DNA from: Takakia lepidozioides
Taxonomy: Eukaryota > Plantae > Bryophyta
Length of the DNA stretch: 64,000 nucleotides
NCBI GenBank assembly: GCA_030704615.1
Contig: CM060733.1
Coordinates: 41,354,001-41,418,000 of the forward strand
Direction: 5' to 3'
The notes under the pieces were generated by a model. It made no database searches. It was not told the DNA's origin and was given only the letters and a program-made list of their open reading frames with translations. The position numbers were made by a program, and so were the translations under genes. Positions 53,701 through 64,000 of this stretch are shown piece by piece. Each line of letters opens with the position of its first letter. The first letter of the stretch is position 1.

Positions 53701-55366
53701 GTGGGGAGGGGTGAAGCCCAACCGGGTCACGTTCGTTTGCCTTTGCAATGCGTGTGCAAGCCTGGGAGCCCTGGTAAAGGCCAAAGAGGTCCATGGTGTC
53801 ATCATCAAAGCTGGAATCGTACCAGACGTCATTCTGAACACTGCCCTGGTGGACATGTATGCCAAATGCAGGAGCATTGAAGATGCAAAGGTAGTGTTCG
53901 ACAATATGGCCGAACGAAATGTGGTGTCGTGGAATGCGATGATCACAGGATATGTACAGCAGGGGAGTGGGATGATGGCTTTGGAGACCTATGAGCAAAT
54001 GATGCAGGAAGGGGTGAAGCCCAACCACATCACATTTGTTTGCATCTGCAATACATGTGCAAGCCTGGCAGCCCTGGAAAAGGGCAAAGATGTCCATGCT
54101 GACATCATCAAAGCTGGAATTGTACCAGATGTCATTCTGCACAATACCCTCATGGACATGTATGCCAAATGTGGGAGCATTGAGGATGCAAAGGCAGTGT
54201 TTGATAATATGGCTGACCGAAATGTGGTGTCCTGGAACACGATGATAACAGGATATGGACAGCAGGGGTGCGGGATGCAGGCTTTGGAGACCTTTGAGCA
54301 AATGTTGGGGGAACGGGTGAAGCCCAACCACATCACGTTCGTTTGTGTTTGCAATGCATGTGCAAGCCTGGCAGCCCTGGAAAAGGGTAAAGAGATCCAT
54401 GGTGACATCATCAAAGCTGTTATCGTACCAGATGTCATTCTGAACACTGCCCTGGTGGACATGTATGCCAAATGTGGGAGCATCCTAGATGCAAAGGGAG
54501 TGTTTGACAATATGGCCGAACGAAATGTGGTGTCGTGGAACGCGATGATCGTCGGATATGTGCAGCAGGGGTGCGAGATGAAGGCTTTGGGAACCTATGA
54601 GCAAATGATGCAGGAAGGGGTGAAGCCCGATCACATCACGTTTGTTTGTGTTTGCAATGCATGTGTGAGCCTGGCAGCCCTGGAAAAGGGCAAAGAGGTC
54701 CATGGTGACATCATCAAAAGTGGAATTGTACCAGATGTCATTCTGAACACTGCCCTGGTGGACATGTACGCCAAATGTGGGAGCATGGCAGATGCAAAGG
54801 GAGTGTTCGACCATATGGCCGAACGAAATGTGGTGTCTTGGAACGCAATGATCGCAGGATATGCCCGGCATGGTTATGATATGGAGGCCCTGCAACTATT
54901 GGAAGAAATGCAAGTGCAAGGCTTGAAGCTGGATAGTATCACTTTTCTTTGTGTTCTCTCTGCATGTAGCCACGCTGGCCTAGTGGATGAAGGCAAATAC
55001 TACTTTGACTCCCTGACTCAAAATCATGGCATCACTCCAGCACTGGAGCACTTCGGCTCTATGGTGGACCTTCTTGGCCGTGCAGGGCGATTGGATGAGG
55101 CAGAGGACTTCATTAGCAAAATGCCAATGAAACCAAATGCTGTGGTGTGGATGGCCTTGCTTGGTGCCTGCAGAAACCATGGCAATGTGAAGATGGCTGA
55201 ACGTGCGGCAGCATCTATTCTCAAATGGGATGAACAGGACGCTGCGACTTATGTGTTGCTATCAAACATCTATGCCGCAGCTGGCAGGTGGGACGATAGT
55301 GCAAAGGTGAGACAAATGATGGAGGTCAGAGGGGTTAGAAAGGAGCCAGGTCATTGCTGCACTTAG
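50789..55366 (+). CDS. PDF-motif (x3) / PLS-class PPR-E protein (about 23 PPR motifs plus E1 and E2); exons 50789-51005, 51178-51257, 51514-51562, 51715-51794, 51944-52077, 52197-52291, 52529-55366; 1-nt frameshift in exon 5
   Basis: All six introns are GT-AG with compatible phases; transit-peptide-like N-terminus; W...F..P..WWD...K and P..P..HK...LW...WV motifs; L-S, 6x P-L-S, P2-L2-S2, E1, E2, KEPG. Confidence 0.85.
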
Positions 55367-55545
55367 GTCAGCAACAGGGTGCACACCCTTGTTGTAGATG
55401 AGAAATTGCATCCAAAATTTCAGGAAATCGCATGATGTGGGGGAGGAGCAAGAGGAAATTTCTCTTTGCCACCACAGTGAGAAGCTGGCCATTTGTTTTG
55501 GGCTGATCAGCATGGCCCCTGGACGCCTCTCCATCTCATCCAGTA
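55367..55545 (+). pseudogene. Remnant E+/DYW deaminase coding sequence after a premature stop
   Basis: VSNRVHTLVVDEKLHPKFQEI follows the TAG in frame, then HDVGEEQEEISLCHHSEKLAICFGLIS in another frame; CxxC and the DYW tail are absent. Confidence 0.8.
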
Positions 55546-55789
55546 TTGCCATTCATGGATCGCATAGCTACTTGGTTGACTACCATTTCCTGACAATATC
55601 AGCTTTGTACCGTTGAGGGCATTTCCTGTGGCATATCAACTTTCCAAGAGCTGATAGTGGGTTCGACCCAGCATAGGTGGAAAGTCGAAAATTGCACTTG
55701 ACTGGAGCAGGTAATGATTGACTGGGGGATTTTGACTGACTCTGGTGATAGTGTAAGGAAATCAGAGTGCTGCCCTAATTCTTGTGTGG

Positions 55790-56183
55790 ATGGTGGAGCT
55801 TCTTCAAAGCTTGAAAATGGAAGTGAGTTTGATTCATAATGAGCTTGATTGAGACAGTCCACAGCAAAATGGAGTGGCAGAACGCCTAAATGGGACTTAA
55901 AAGTAGAAAAGTGGTGCAGGTGTTGGATATGAGTTATGGGTGGAGGCCACCCTTACAGCTACATTCTGAAAGAGTGGCAAGTCCAACCAAAACACTAAAA
56001 AAGCCGCCTCTAGAAGAAGCATGGAGTGGTTACAGACCTGAGCTAGGGCAACTCAGGATTTTGGGCTGTATTGCTGGAGTAAGCATTGGAGCCGAACAGA
56101 GAACCAAGTTCGATTCCCAAACTGAAAAGTGCATTTTCATTGGCTGGTGCAAGCTCAAGCTAAGCAGTACAAGCAATGAGTGA
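55790..56183 (+). mobile_element. Ty1/Copia integrase remnant
   Basis: QQNGVAER at ~55863-55886; PTKTL...EEAWSG.RP....LRILGCIA......RTKFD...EKCIFIG. Confidence 0.8.
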
Positions 56184-56469
56184 TCTATTCTGCTGTCTTC
56201 AAAGAAGGTGTGTTAAACTTGCAACATGGTTGGATCAAGAGCAAGGCCAAGCCTCACATTTATATTGTGCGCGAAAGATGCAGATGGGAGAGTGAAGTTG
56301 CGGCTGCAACATCATTCTGTCCCTGCAATTGGGGAGGCAGACCATGTAAGTGATTCGTTGCAGTCTAGGCTCCAGATTAATGTAACTTGTGTTAACGTGG
56401 GGTGGAGATGACACTGAAGAGACAAGCTCGTGGTGCAGGACGTGATTTACAATTGTTAGTTTAGGGGTC

Positions 56470-57790
56470 GGATCTTTAGGAAGTCTTGATAGTGATAGAG
56501 TGTTGGGATAGCATGAAGGTAGATTGCTTGCTGAACTGGCCATTTGTGAGGATGGGGTTGTTTCGTGTACGCAGGTTTTTTCATCCCCATTCTCATTCAT
56601 GTGTTGATATGGTCTTGTGCATTTCTTTTAACCTACTATTCATGACCCCTTCTCTTCTAAAAACAACCAGAAATTCAGATGCTTCTTGCTTTTATAGACT
56701 TACTTTTACTATGTACAGCAAAGGAATCCCAGAATGGACTTGGGGCAGATGAGGCCACAAGCATGCTGTGGCTGGGTTTGGCGATGATGTTGCTTCTCTT
56801 GTGTGTCCCGGGTTCTCAACATGAATGGTATGCCGTTCTGCACTCCAACAATGGTAAGAATTGTGATGCTCCGGCGTGCTTCAAACCCATTGCTCTCAAG
56901 TTTTTACGCTCATGTTTTGATCAAGCGTCTGGAGGAGGTCTCTCAAGTCTCGAAAAATTGTCCCTGCACATGGAACCACGCTGTGTTTTGGCGTACAAGG
57001 AAGTGAAGGAGGTGCTGGTTGTCTGCAACCCACTGGCTATGAGGTTTGAAGAGCTTCCAGTGGTGGGTTATGGCAATATTGACTCCTGGGGTTGGACGAA
57101 CATGAGTGTGGACGTCAACAACGTGTGATGAAGGGCGAATCCTGTGGAAGTGAAGTGAATTTATATGAATCGAGAACCAAGGCGTGGAGGTTGCTGTGCA
57201 AGCCACTCGAATCACTGAAGCATGTGCGCGCGCTCCACCTATGTTGAAGTGTCATTTTAGAGGACACGTTGTATTTACCCTTGCAAGAGGACCTCTGTGG
57301 CGATGGCGAGCGAACTCCTTGAAAAGTTGCGGCTTACAATTTTCATCAAAATGTGTGGATTGAATTTGATGTGAAGACTCATCCTTCGTAGGGTTCGGCT
57401 GGTGGTGAGCCAAGAGTGGTTGCTGTTGGTGGGGGGTTCAAGAGAGAAAAATCAAGGAAATGGATGACAGCTATTTCGATCATGAATGTTGCAACCCTAC
57501 CTGGAACTGTAGAGTGCGGTGAACTTCCTGAAATGCCTGTAGGATTTTGTGAAGCGCTGTCGGACAGTGTTGTCAAGACCTTAGTGTGTGGGTATGACGA
57601 CTACATATTTTTCATGTCGTCCAAAGGCAAGCCAGTGCACTCTATTCAGGAGAATACATGGAGTTATTGGCCGATCTTCAGTAAACACATGCACTTAATT
57701 GTCTTTTTAGCGAGTGCATATCATCAGAAAAGATCAAGGGTTCCTCCGCACCTTGGGCTCCATTGATTGTTTGAGCTCAACCCAGCGCAC
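56470..57790 (+). pseudogene. Degenerate F-box/kelch-type gene
   Basis: Fragments in shifting frames: ASGGGL, LVVCNPLAMRFEELP, LPEMP, ENTWSYWP, FELNP; multiple stops. Confidence 0.5.
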
Positions 57791-60700
57791 ACCCCCCTCC
57801 CCCCTCAAATGGAGTCCAAATCAAGTGATTTTATAATCTCCTTGTACAGGACGAGCCATGGAAGTAGGAGAATTGCGGTGGTCAATCTGGGCCACAATGA
57901 ATTGGAGACTCTTGACAACAGGCTGATCCTCTGCAGTGTGCAGTTACTCTGTCTCTTCCATTAAGTAATGCACACTAGGTTTTCTGTTTAGTGCATGAGG
58001 GGTGTTTTTATCATTGAACATATTTTCCTCTCCTGTCCTCGACGGGAATATATACATAAATACAATGTTCGTAAAGTCTTCTGTTGAAGCAAACAACACC
58101 AAAAACTTTTACTACCCCATGTTTAAAATTGTACCCTGCCTGTTTTGAGAAAGCTGTGAACTTCTCTCTTGGTTGCTTGGAAGTATGTGAAGACCCTTTC
58201 ATGAACTTTCTCTTATGCGTGTTTATCAGTCAAAAGGGAGAAGTTCTACAACACGACACGTTGTGAGAGTGCTTTGGTTGTCTAGATTGAATGTTGCTTC
58301 TTGCAATCGATGCTTTAAGGATTTCCTTGGTAATGTTTCTGATATTCACCTCGGATCGGATCTTCTTTGTGCTTCATTTGTGGGCACCTTTATTTGTAAG
58401 GAAGGAAATTTCTCAGAACTTAGGATACATTTCGAAAAGGAATAGGGCAATGATGCAGAATGAATGTCTCAACACTCATGTCTCAACAGAATGAGTGTCT
58501 CTACATTGCAGTAGGACCATGAAAAGGCCAAGATACCATTTGCCTTGCTTGCTTCAGCACACTCTATTTGTTGTTTACTTAAATTTGGGCAGCATTCTTA
58601 CAGAATAAGGATGGTGTTGAAGGACCTTTGTTTGAACGGGGACCCCAACAACCAGAGTAGAAAATGGCTGAACCATAGACTACCATCCTATGCTTGCCTA
58701 CACACCTGCTCACCGTGGAATAAAAAAAAGCTTATTATGGTACCAAAAATGAGTGATAGGTACCTAGTGTAATTTCGCCACAGTGGTTAACTTGTGCTTC
58801 TCACGGTCACTAAGTTTTAGAACACTTTTGTTCTTCTTTGACACTGTCTAACAAAATTGATTACAAGGTCAAATACAAATGATTGTTATATGGAAGTTAT
58901 AATCATGAGAGAGTTGATCAAGACCTACTACCCAAACTGTTTTTTCAGCGGTTGGATCATCACAATGATTCTCTCTGCAAAGCCTCCTCTCCCCTGCGAG
59001 GTGTTGTGCTTGCACTGGTTTCTTACCTCCACGTGCATCTTCTCTCACTTGAGCATGACCATGGAAGCAACTGTGATTCCACTTCACCCAATGGTGGGCA
59101 ACGCTCTTTCTGAATCCTAGACAAAATTGAACATTACCAGATTGGGCAATGTTTGAATCCTAACCACTTGGCACATCCCATTCCAATTTGTGTTACAAAA
59201 CTTGAAAAGCACTCTCTATCTCTCTCTCACCCAAGTTCCAACACGCTACCTACTTCTTCCTTACAAGCTACCAACAAGATTGGATGGCCACACAAAACGT
59301 TCCTTCCCTCATGATGATCCGCACGCCTTGAGTCTGACAAGGTGGATGATGCCCAAACTCCAACAGGCTTTTTGCAAATTGTCCCAGAGAGTACTTTGTG
59401 CCTTGTCTTGTCGCGCACCTCATTTCGGTAAGCTCCCCTTCAAGTCATAGTTACTCGGCTTGATGCGCGCGCCTAACTCCCAAACTGGCCGCCGGGCCAA
59501 TTCGGAGCTTCGGCTGCTCACCGGGACATAACGGTCCCCTTTTACTCCTCCACCAGACCCTCGCTCAATTTGTGCCTAGTGGAAATTCCCTTTGATTGTT
59601 GGCAGTCCGGAACAGCTCCCCACACCTTGGTCGCTTTCCGGCTCGCACGCTTACTCACTAGTTTTTGGTCATCAATGGGCTTGCACCGTTCTCGGGGTTA
59701 CTACTCCCTATATATACTTCTGTGATTGTCTGCGGGGGTTTCACAAACAACCCAATCATTTTATGGCGAACCACCAAGAAGACCCTTCATTCCCAGTGAT
59801 GAGTCGCGGTGAGTCTTGGCCCACCCACCACAGCCCCATTGGACCGTGATGAGTCCCAAGACTCCCCACGACTCCCACCACAAGGTCTCCGCCCCATGGT
59901 GAGTCCTATGCCACCCCCACTAAGACCCACTAAGCTACCACCACCCCTCGTGGAACCACCCCCACCGCAACCCGGTGTGCGGGGCTCCACCTAGTGAGCC
60001 TCCTTGAGTGCCTTGGGCACTCAAAGGTGCTTCAGCCCCCGCAATAGGGAGTCGATGTCCTCATCGACTTGTCCATTTTGTAGAAACTAACATCCAAGTT
60101 GTGGCGTCCAACATCAAGGAGTTTGTTTCCGTACCATGGCATCCCATGACAAAGAACCAAACCCCTCACTTGACTCTACTCGCCACTAGCTAGCTCGGCC
60201 AACTTCCTCCAAGTCCCGGCCAAGGGTGGAGCCTCTCCAGCTCCACCCAGTGCACTCTTCTTGGCCCATTTCAAGGCCAAGGAACGATCCTCCCCGAAGA
60301 TTGGATCGCCTTACTGCAACAACATTGCTTGCGACCGCTCATGATGCCGCTTTTGGTATCACCTTGAGCAAGGGTTCACCTTGAATTTTTTTTGACTATG
60401 AAGATAACCTTGAACCTACCGCGCGCCCCAATCAGTACAATTGGGTCCGCCTTGGAATGCTGGCCTGAGGTACGGGAACACGCAGAAGCCGCTCTACGAC
60501 TTCGTCCCGAGGTTACACAAATATAGTACGTGAACGGAAGCACGTAGCTTCCGCGTTAATCTGCTCTACAAGACAACCCCCTCGGTAGCACAGTTATAGT
60601 ACGCGTACGCGCAAGGTGCGCACTAGCACGTGAACTCCCAAAGAAGGCGCAAGTTTCCTTACCTCTTGGAAGGGAGTCACCCGATTTCGGCACTTCGCAA

Positions 60701-60896
60701 ACACACGATTAATCCAAATTACCTCTCCCACTTTTGAAGCTAGCATGCATTCTACACACTAGCCAACCATACCATGCATCACCATTCCAAACAAAATAAA
60801 AAGCACAACATTTAGAAACCATTTCATTTATAAACAAAATTTGTGTAACACAAGTTTTTGCAATCGGATTTCTGAGTTAGCTAAGCCGAACTAAAC

Positions 60897-61340
60897 ATGC
60901 ATTTTCTCCCCCATGATCCAAGGTTGATGTCCCCATCAACGCTTCTTCCGTTTTTGAGGTCATCCTTCGAAAGCTTCAACTACCTCGGATGCGTTTCCCA
61001 TTTTTGAGGCACGCACCCAAGTTGCCTCCACTTGATGATAGCCTTTATATTTCACGAGATACTCCGTTTTTCGATTCTTGAACCTCCTCATCTTAAGCAC
61101 TGCCTCCACCTCGTACTCAGGTTCATTTTCATGATCCAACAGCACAGGCGACGGACGCAACACTTGATGCCGATTTGGACGCGTTTCATCTTTGAAGTAA
61201 GGCTTCAAAAGGGAGATGTGAAATACCGGATGCACCTTGTTGTTTGTCGGCACCTCCAATTCATACACATCCTCATTCATAACCTTCCGGATGCGAAAGG
61301 GACCCGCATACGGAGGTACGAACTTCGGACTCACTTCCGG
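60897..61340 (-). mobile_element. Chromovirus (Ty3/Gypsy) 3' fragment: integrase GPF region, chromodomain and PPT
   Basis: YAGPFRI...VHPVFHISLLKPY...EYEVEAVL...EYLVKYKGY...ATWV; purine tract GGGGGAGAAAA at 60912-60902; LTR extent not determined. Confidence 0.85.
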
Positions 61341-61472
61341 AGGAAGTCGAAAATTCTTGACGTGCCTGTCTCAAACTTAACTTCCATCCCTTCCGATTTG
61401 TCTGCCGTTCATACCGACCTCCTGCGGGGATGCCCCTTCCCACAAGACCACTTGGAGCGATAGTGGAGATGA

Positions 61473-61769
61473 CAGAGGGATGCAGTTCTTTGCTGCTTCT
61501 TCAGCAAGAACTATGAGGGTAGGCCGAAATGTTTTCTAGCCCCTATGAAAGTGGAGGAGTACAAAGGATTTTCAAATAGAGTCATTATTGCGAGGAATCA
61601 TGTTGCACATTTTGTAAGCATGGCACACCTAGATGAGGCAGCAAACGTTTGTAAAATCATGATGCAAGAGATACCAACCTTGAGAGCTGAATTCGAGGAT
61701 GCGGCCCTCATTATTGATCACTACGATGCCCTAAAGGCAGCTCTACCTGACTATTTCAAAGACCCCTAA
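61473..61769 (+). pseudogene. ORF fragment with a HEPN-like RNxxxH motif
   Basis: Helical-looking ...RVIIARNHVAHFVSMAHLDEAANVC...; open frame from 61473. Confidence 0.3.
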
Positions 61770-62166
61770 GCAAGGATAACCCCAATGAGCACTTCTTGAG
61801 GTGCGTGATTACAAAATTTGCTCAGTTAGGACTTCAGGATAGGACAACCTGCTCTAATTACTTCTCTTGCCCACATTTTGTGTTATAAAACTTGCACTTC
61901 AATTGGGAGCCTACATAGACTATCCATGTTCGCAGGCACAATCCTTAGAACTTCAGGATCTCACATGCTACATGCTACATGTCTGAAGCTGCCCAAAATT
62001 TTGTGACAGGCTGCATGCGGGATTGTTTTCCCTCCAAATCTTCAATCCGCGTGCTCAATTTCAGAGCGAACCCCTGCCAATCCTGTATCATCTCCAAATG
62101 TCCCGTGTGACTCTCTGAACCTGAGATCTCCGCCATGGGCATATGTCCCGTGTGGTGTGACTTTGT

Positions 62167-62332
62167 GAACCTTAAATATCCGAAGACGCAAGCTCCTCCA
62201 AGCTTTGGCTCGAGCCCCTGGAGAGAAATGGAAACAAAGGCTCCCGGACCTGAAATATCCGAGGACGCAAGCTCCTCCAAGCTCTGGCTCGAGCCCCAGG
62301 AAAGAGGAGAGAAATGGAAACAAAAGGCTCCC
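62167..62332. repeat. Two-copy tandem duplication, ~80-bp unit
   Basis: aaatatccga.gacgcaagctcctccaagct.tggctcgagcccc...ggagagaaatggaaacaaa occurs twice. Confidence 0.85.
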
Positions 62333-63581
62333 TGTCTTGCCGGGGAATTTGTACATTATCCTAGTCCGTCGATGGATGAAATGCGTGTTCTAGGATGAGT
62401 GTCCGTTAGCACTAATTCTGGATTGTGGGTGGGTGCCAAGGCAGAGCAATGCCTATTCAACAAGAGGTTACCTAGTAGCCTCAAAAGGTTTAGTATTTGT
62501 GGTCCTTGCTTAGAGGCGGTGCAGATCGATTTGTTTTTCTTAGCTGTAAAATTTGCCGAGGCAAGTCCTAAAGAGTTATGCCTGTTGCTAAGAAAAAGCA
62601 TTTGTCCTTTGGCCCCCTCATTACCTTGTGAAACTTTGGTGATTTTTGGTGGCCTGGCCATAATGAGTTCACAAGGTGGACAGGCGCCATGTCTCAGGTT
62701 TTCTTGACCTGGCGACTATGAGAATGCAGTTGAAGTTGAATCTGGTGCACCGACCTCTTCCCGATATAAAGAAAAAAGAGAAAAGAAAGAAAGAAAAGAA
62801 AAGAATGCAGGCTTCTAAACCCCCAACCTGAACAACCAGCTGTGAATAATCTACAGTCTGCAGCCAACAGATGAAATGTGAGAAGACAAGAGGCACTTAC
62901 TCATGTAGCCACATTGCATTCAACAAAATACTGGATGGGGCTGTCCCCAACTAATGCTTGTTCAATCAGGCTACTCTAAATTAAGAGCTGATTTTCAAGT
63001 ACTCAAGGACTCAAACACTACTTTAGATTCATGGGAAGTGAAGACAAGCTATGATAAAATAAAAGTACTTTCTATGTGACCTTCCCAACTTACCGTGGCC
63101 TCCAGCTTTTGCTCAAGAGTTAATCAAGCCAATGTAGGTGTTTTCAACAATGAATGACGCACAGTCACAACACAGCAGAAGAGCAACTCAATATTTATTT
63201 GACAGGCTCCAAAAAAAAAGACAGAGGGTGGGACCTACAAGAAGAAGAAAGTCATGGAGAATCTATGGCGTGAACTCGGGTTCAGGTGCTATTTTGATAC
63301 TGATATGGTTGATACCTGACCTCAAGGCCTGCAGTCCTACAAGTGGCAACCCAACCAGCTTTTTGATAAACACACAAATGCCATCGCTCCATTCTTAGTC
63401 AAATTCAGATTAGGAAGACAAGTTTGTACCAATAGCTACATCGCCGTACCTAATTTAAGTTCAAAAAGCATAATGGATCTACCCGTTCTCCTCCCCTGGA
63501 TTGGCATCTGAAGCCCTGAACATTGGCACTCCAGTTGGCCAAGCTCATCAACATTTCAAATTTATCTTACTGACAGCCAAT

Positions 63582-63734
63582 CTAGGCTGTATCTTTTTGT
63601 GATGATGATGTGGTGGTGGCTGGAGCCTCTGCCTTAGGTGCCTCTACTGGTGTGGCCTCAGTGCGGGAGCCCTGGACTTCTGCCTGGAACTCATTTGAAG
63701 AACTTTTAACCTCTGATTCAAACTCCTTAGCTGC
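63582..63734 (-). CDS. TATA: Last exon of plastid twin-arginine translocase subunit TatA/Tha4 (gene continues beyond the window)
   Basis: AG acceptor followed by AAKEFESEVK and an acidic low-complexity tail to the stop, as in plant TatA. Confidence 0.75.
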   Translation of the reverse strand, partial: AAKEFESEVKSSSNEFQAEVQGSRTEATPVEAPKAEAPATTTSSSQKDTA

Positions 63735-64000
63735 CTGCAAGCAATCGACGCCATGTTTCCACATTCAATGTCCAATCAAGAGGTTATTCTAGCCTTCACT
63801 GCCTCAGAACCATACTACTGTTGAGTGTTCTGCCCATGGAATGGTATCTCATCAGACCAAGTGCATAGATGTGGACCAATCCCCTCCCAAGTAGCGGGAT
63901 GAAAAAGGCTGGCTGGTGATGCAGCACCAACATATTGCAGCCTATGTCATTTGACAGTGGTCACGAACTACTCTTTCCCCATGACAACATGTACCATATT

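Noticed and set aside
52925-54895. Long antisense ORFs (up to 491 aa) over the PPR array
   Set aside because: Shadow frames of the repetitive PPR coding strand, with no independent motif.
59190-60897. Possible LTR of the chromovirus fragment
   Set aside because: No second copy in the window, so its extent cannot be supported.

Overview
Eukaryotic nuclear DNA, most likely from a non-seed land plant (intron-containing genes, PLS-class PPR arrays, Ty3/Gypsy elements). 1-5167 is a patchwork of degenerate repeats. 5168-34659 is a nest of three Ty3/Gypsy elements. Gypsy-1 (minus strand) has its 5' LTR interrupted by Gypsy-A (plus), and Gypsy-A faces a deleted sister copy, Gypsy-B (minus), tail-to-tail across a 52-bp spacer. 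The right half holds an unclassified repeat, a LINE remnant, an intact 6-exon mPGES-2-like GST gene, two divergently transcribed PLS-PPR-E genes with decayed E+/DYW tails, Copia, F-box and chromovirus remnants, and the last exon of plastid TatA. Two observations stand out. (1) Gypsy-1 appears to have permuted termini. The 9-nt att end CACACTACA is missing beside the PBS but present, inside a 20-bp palindrome, beside the PPT, which is what integration from a cleaved 2-LTR circle would leave. (2) Both PPR genes carry OSB-type PDF ssDNA-binding motifs at the N-terminus, encoded by modular exon cassettes and spliced onto the RNA-editing-type PPR array. All exon models and alignments were read by eye; no searches were run.
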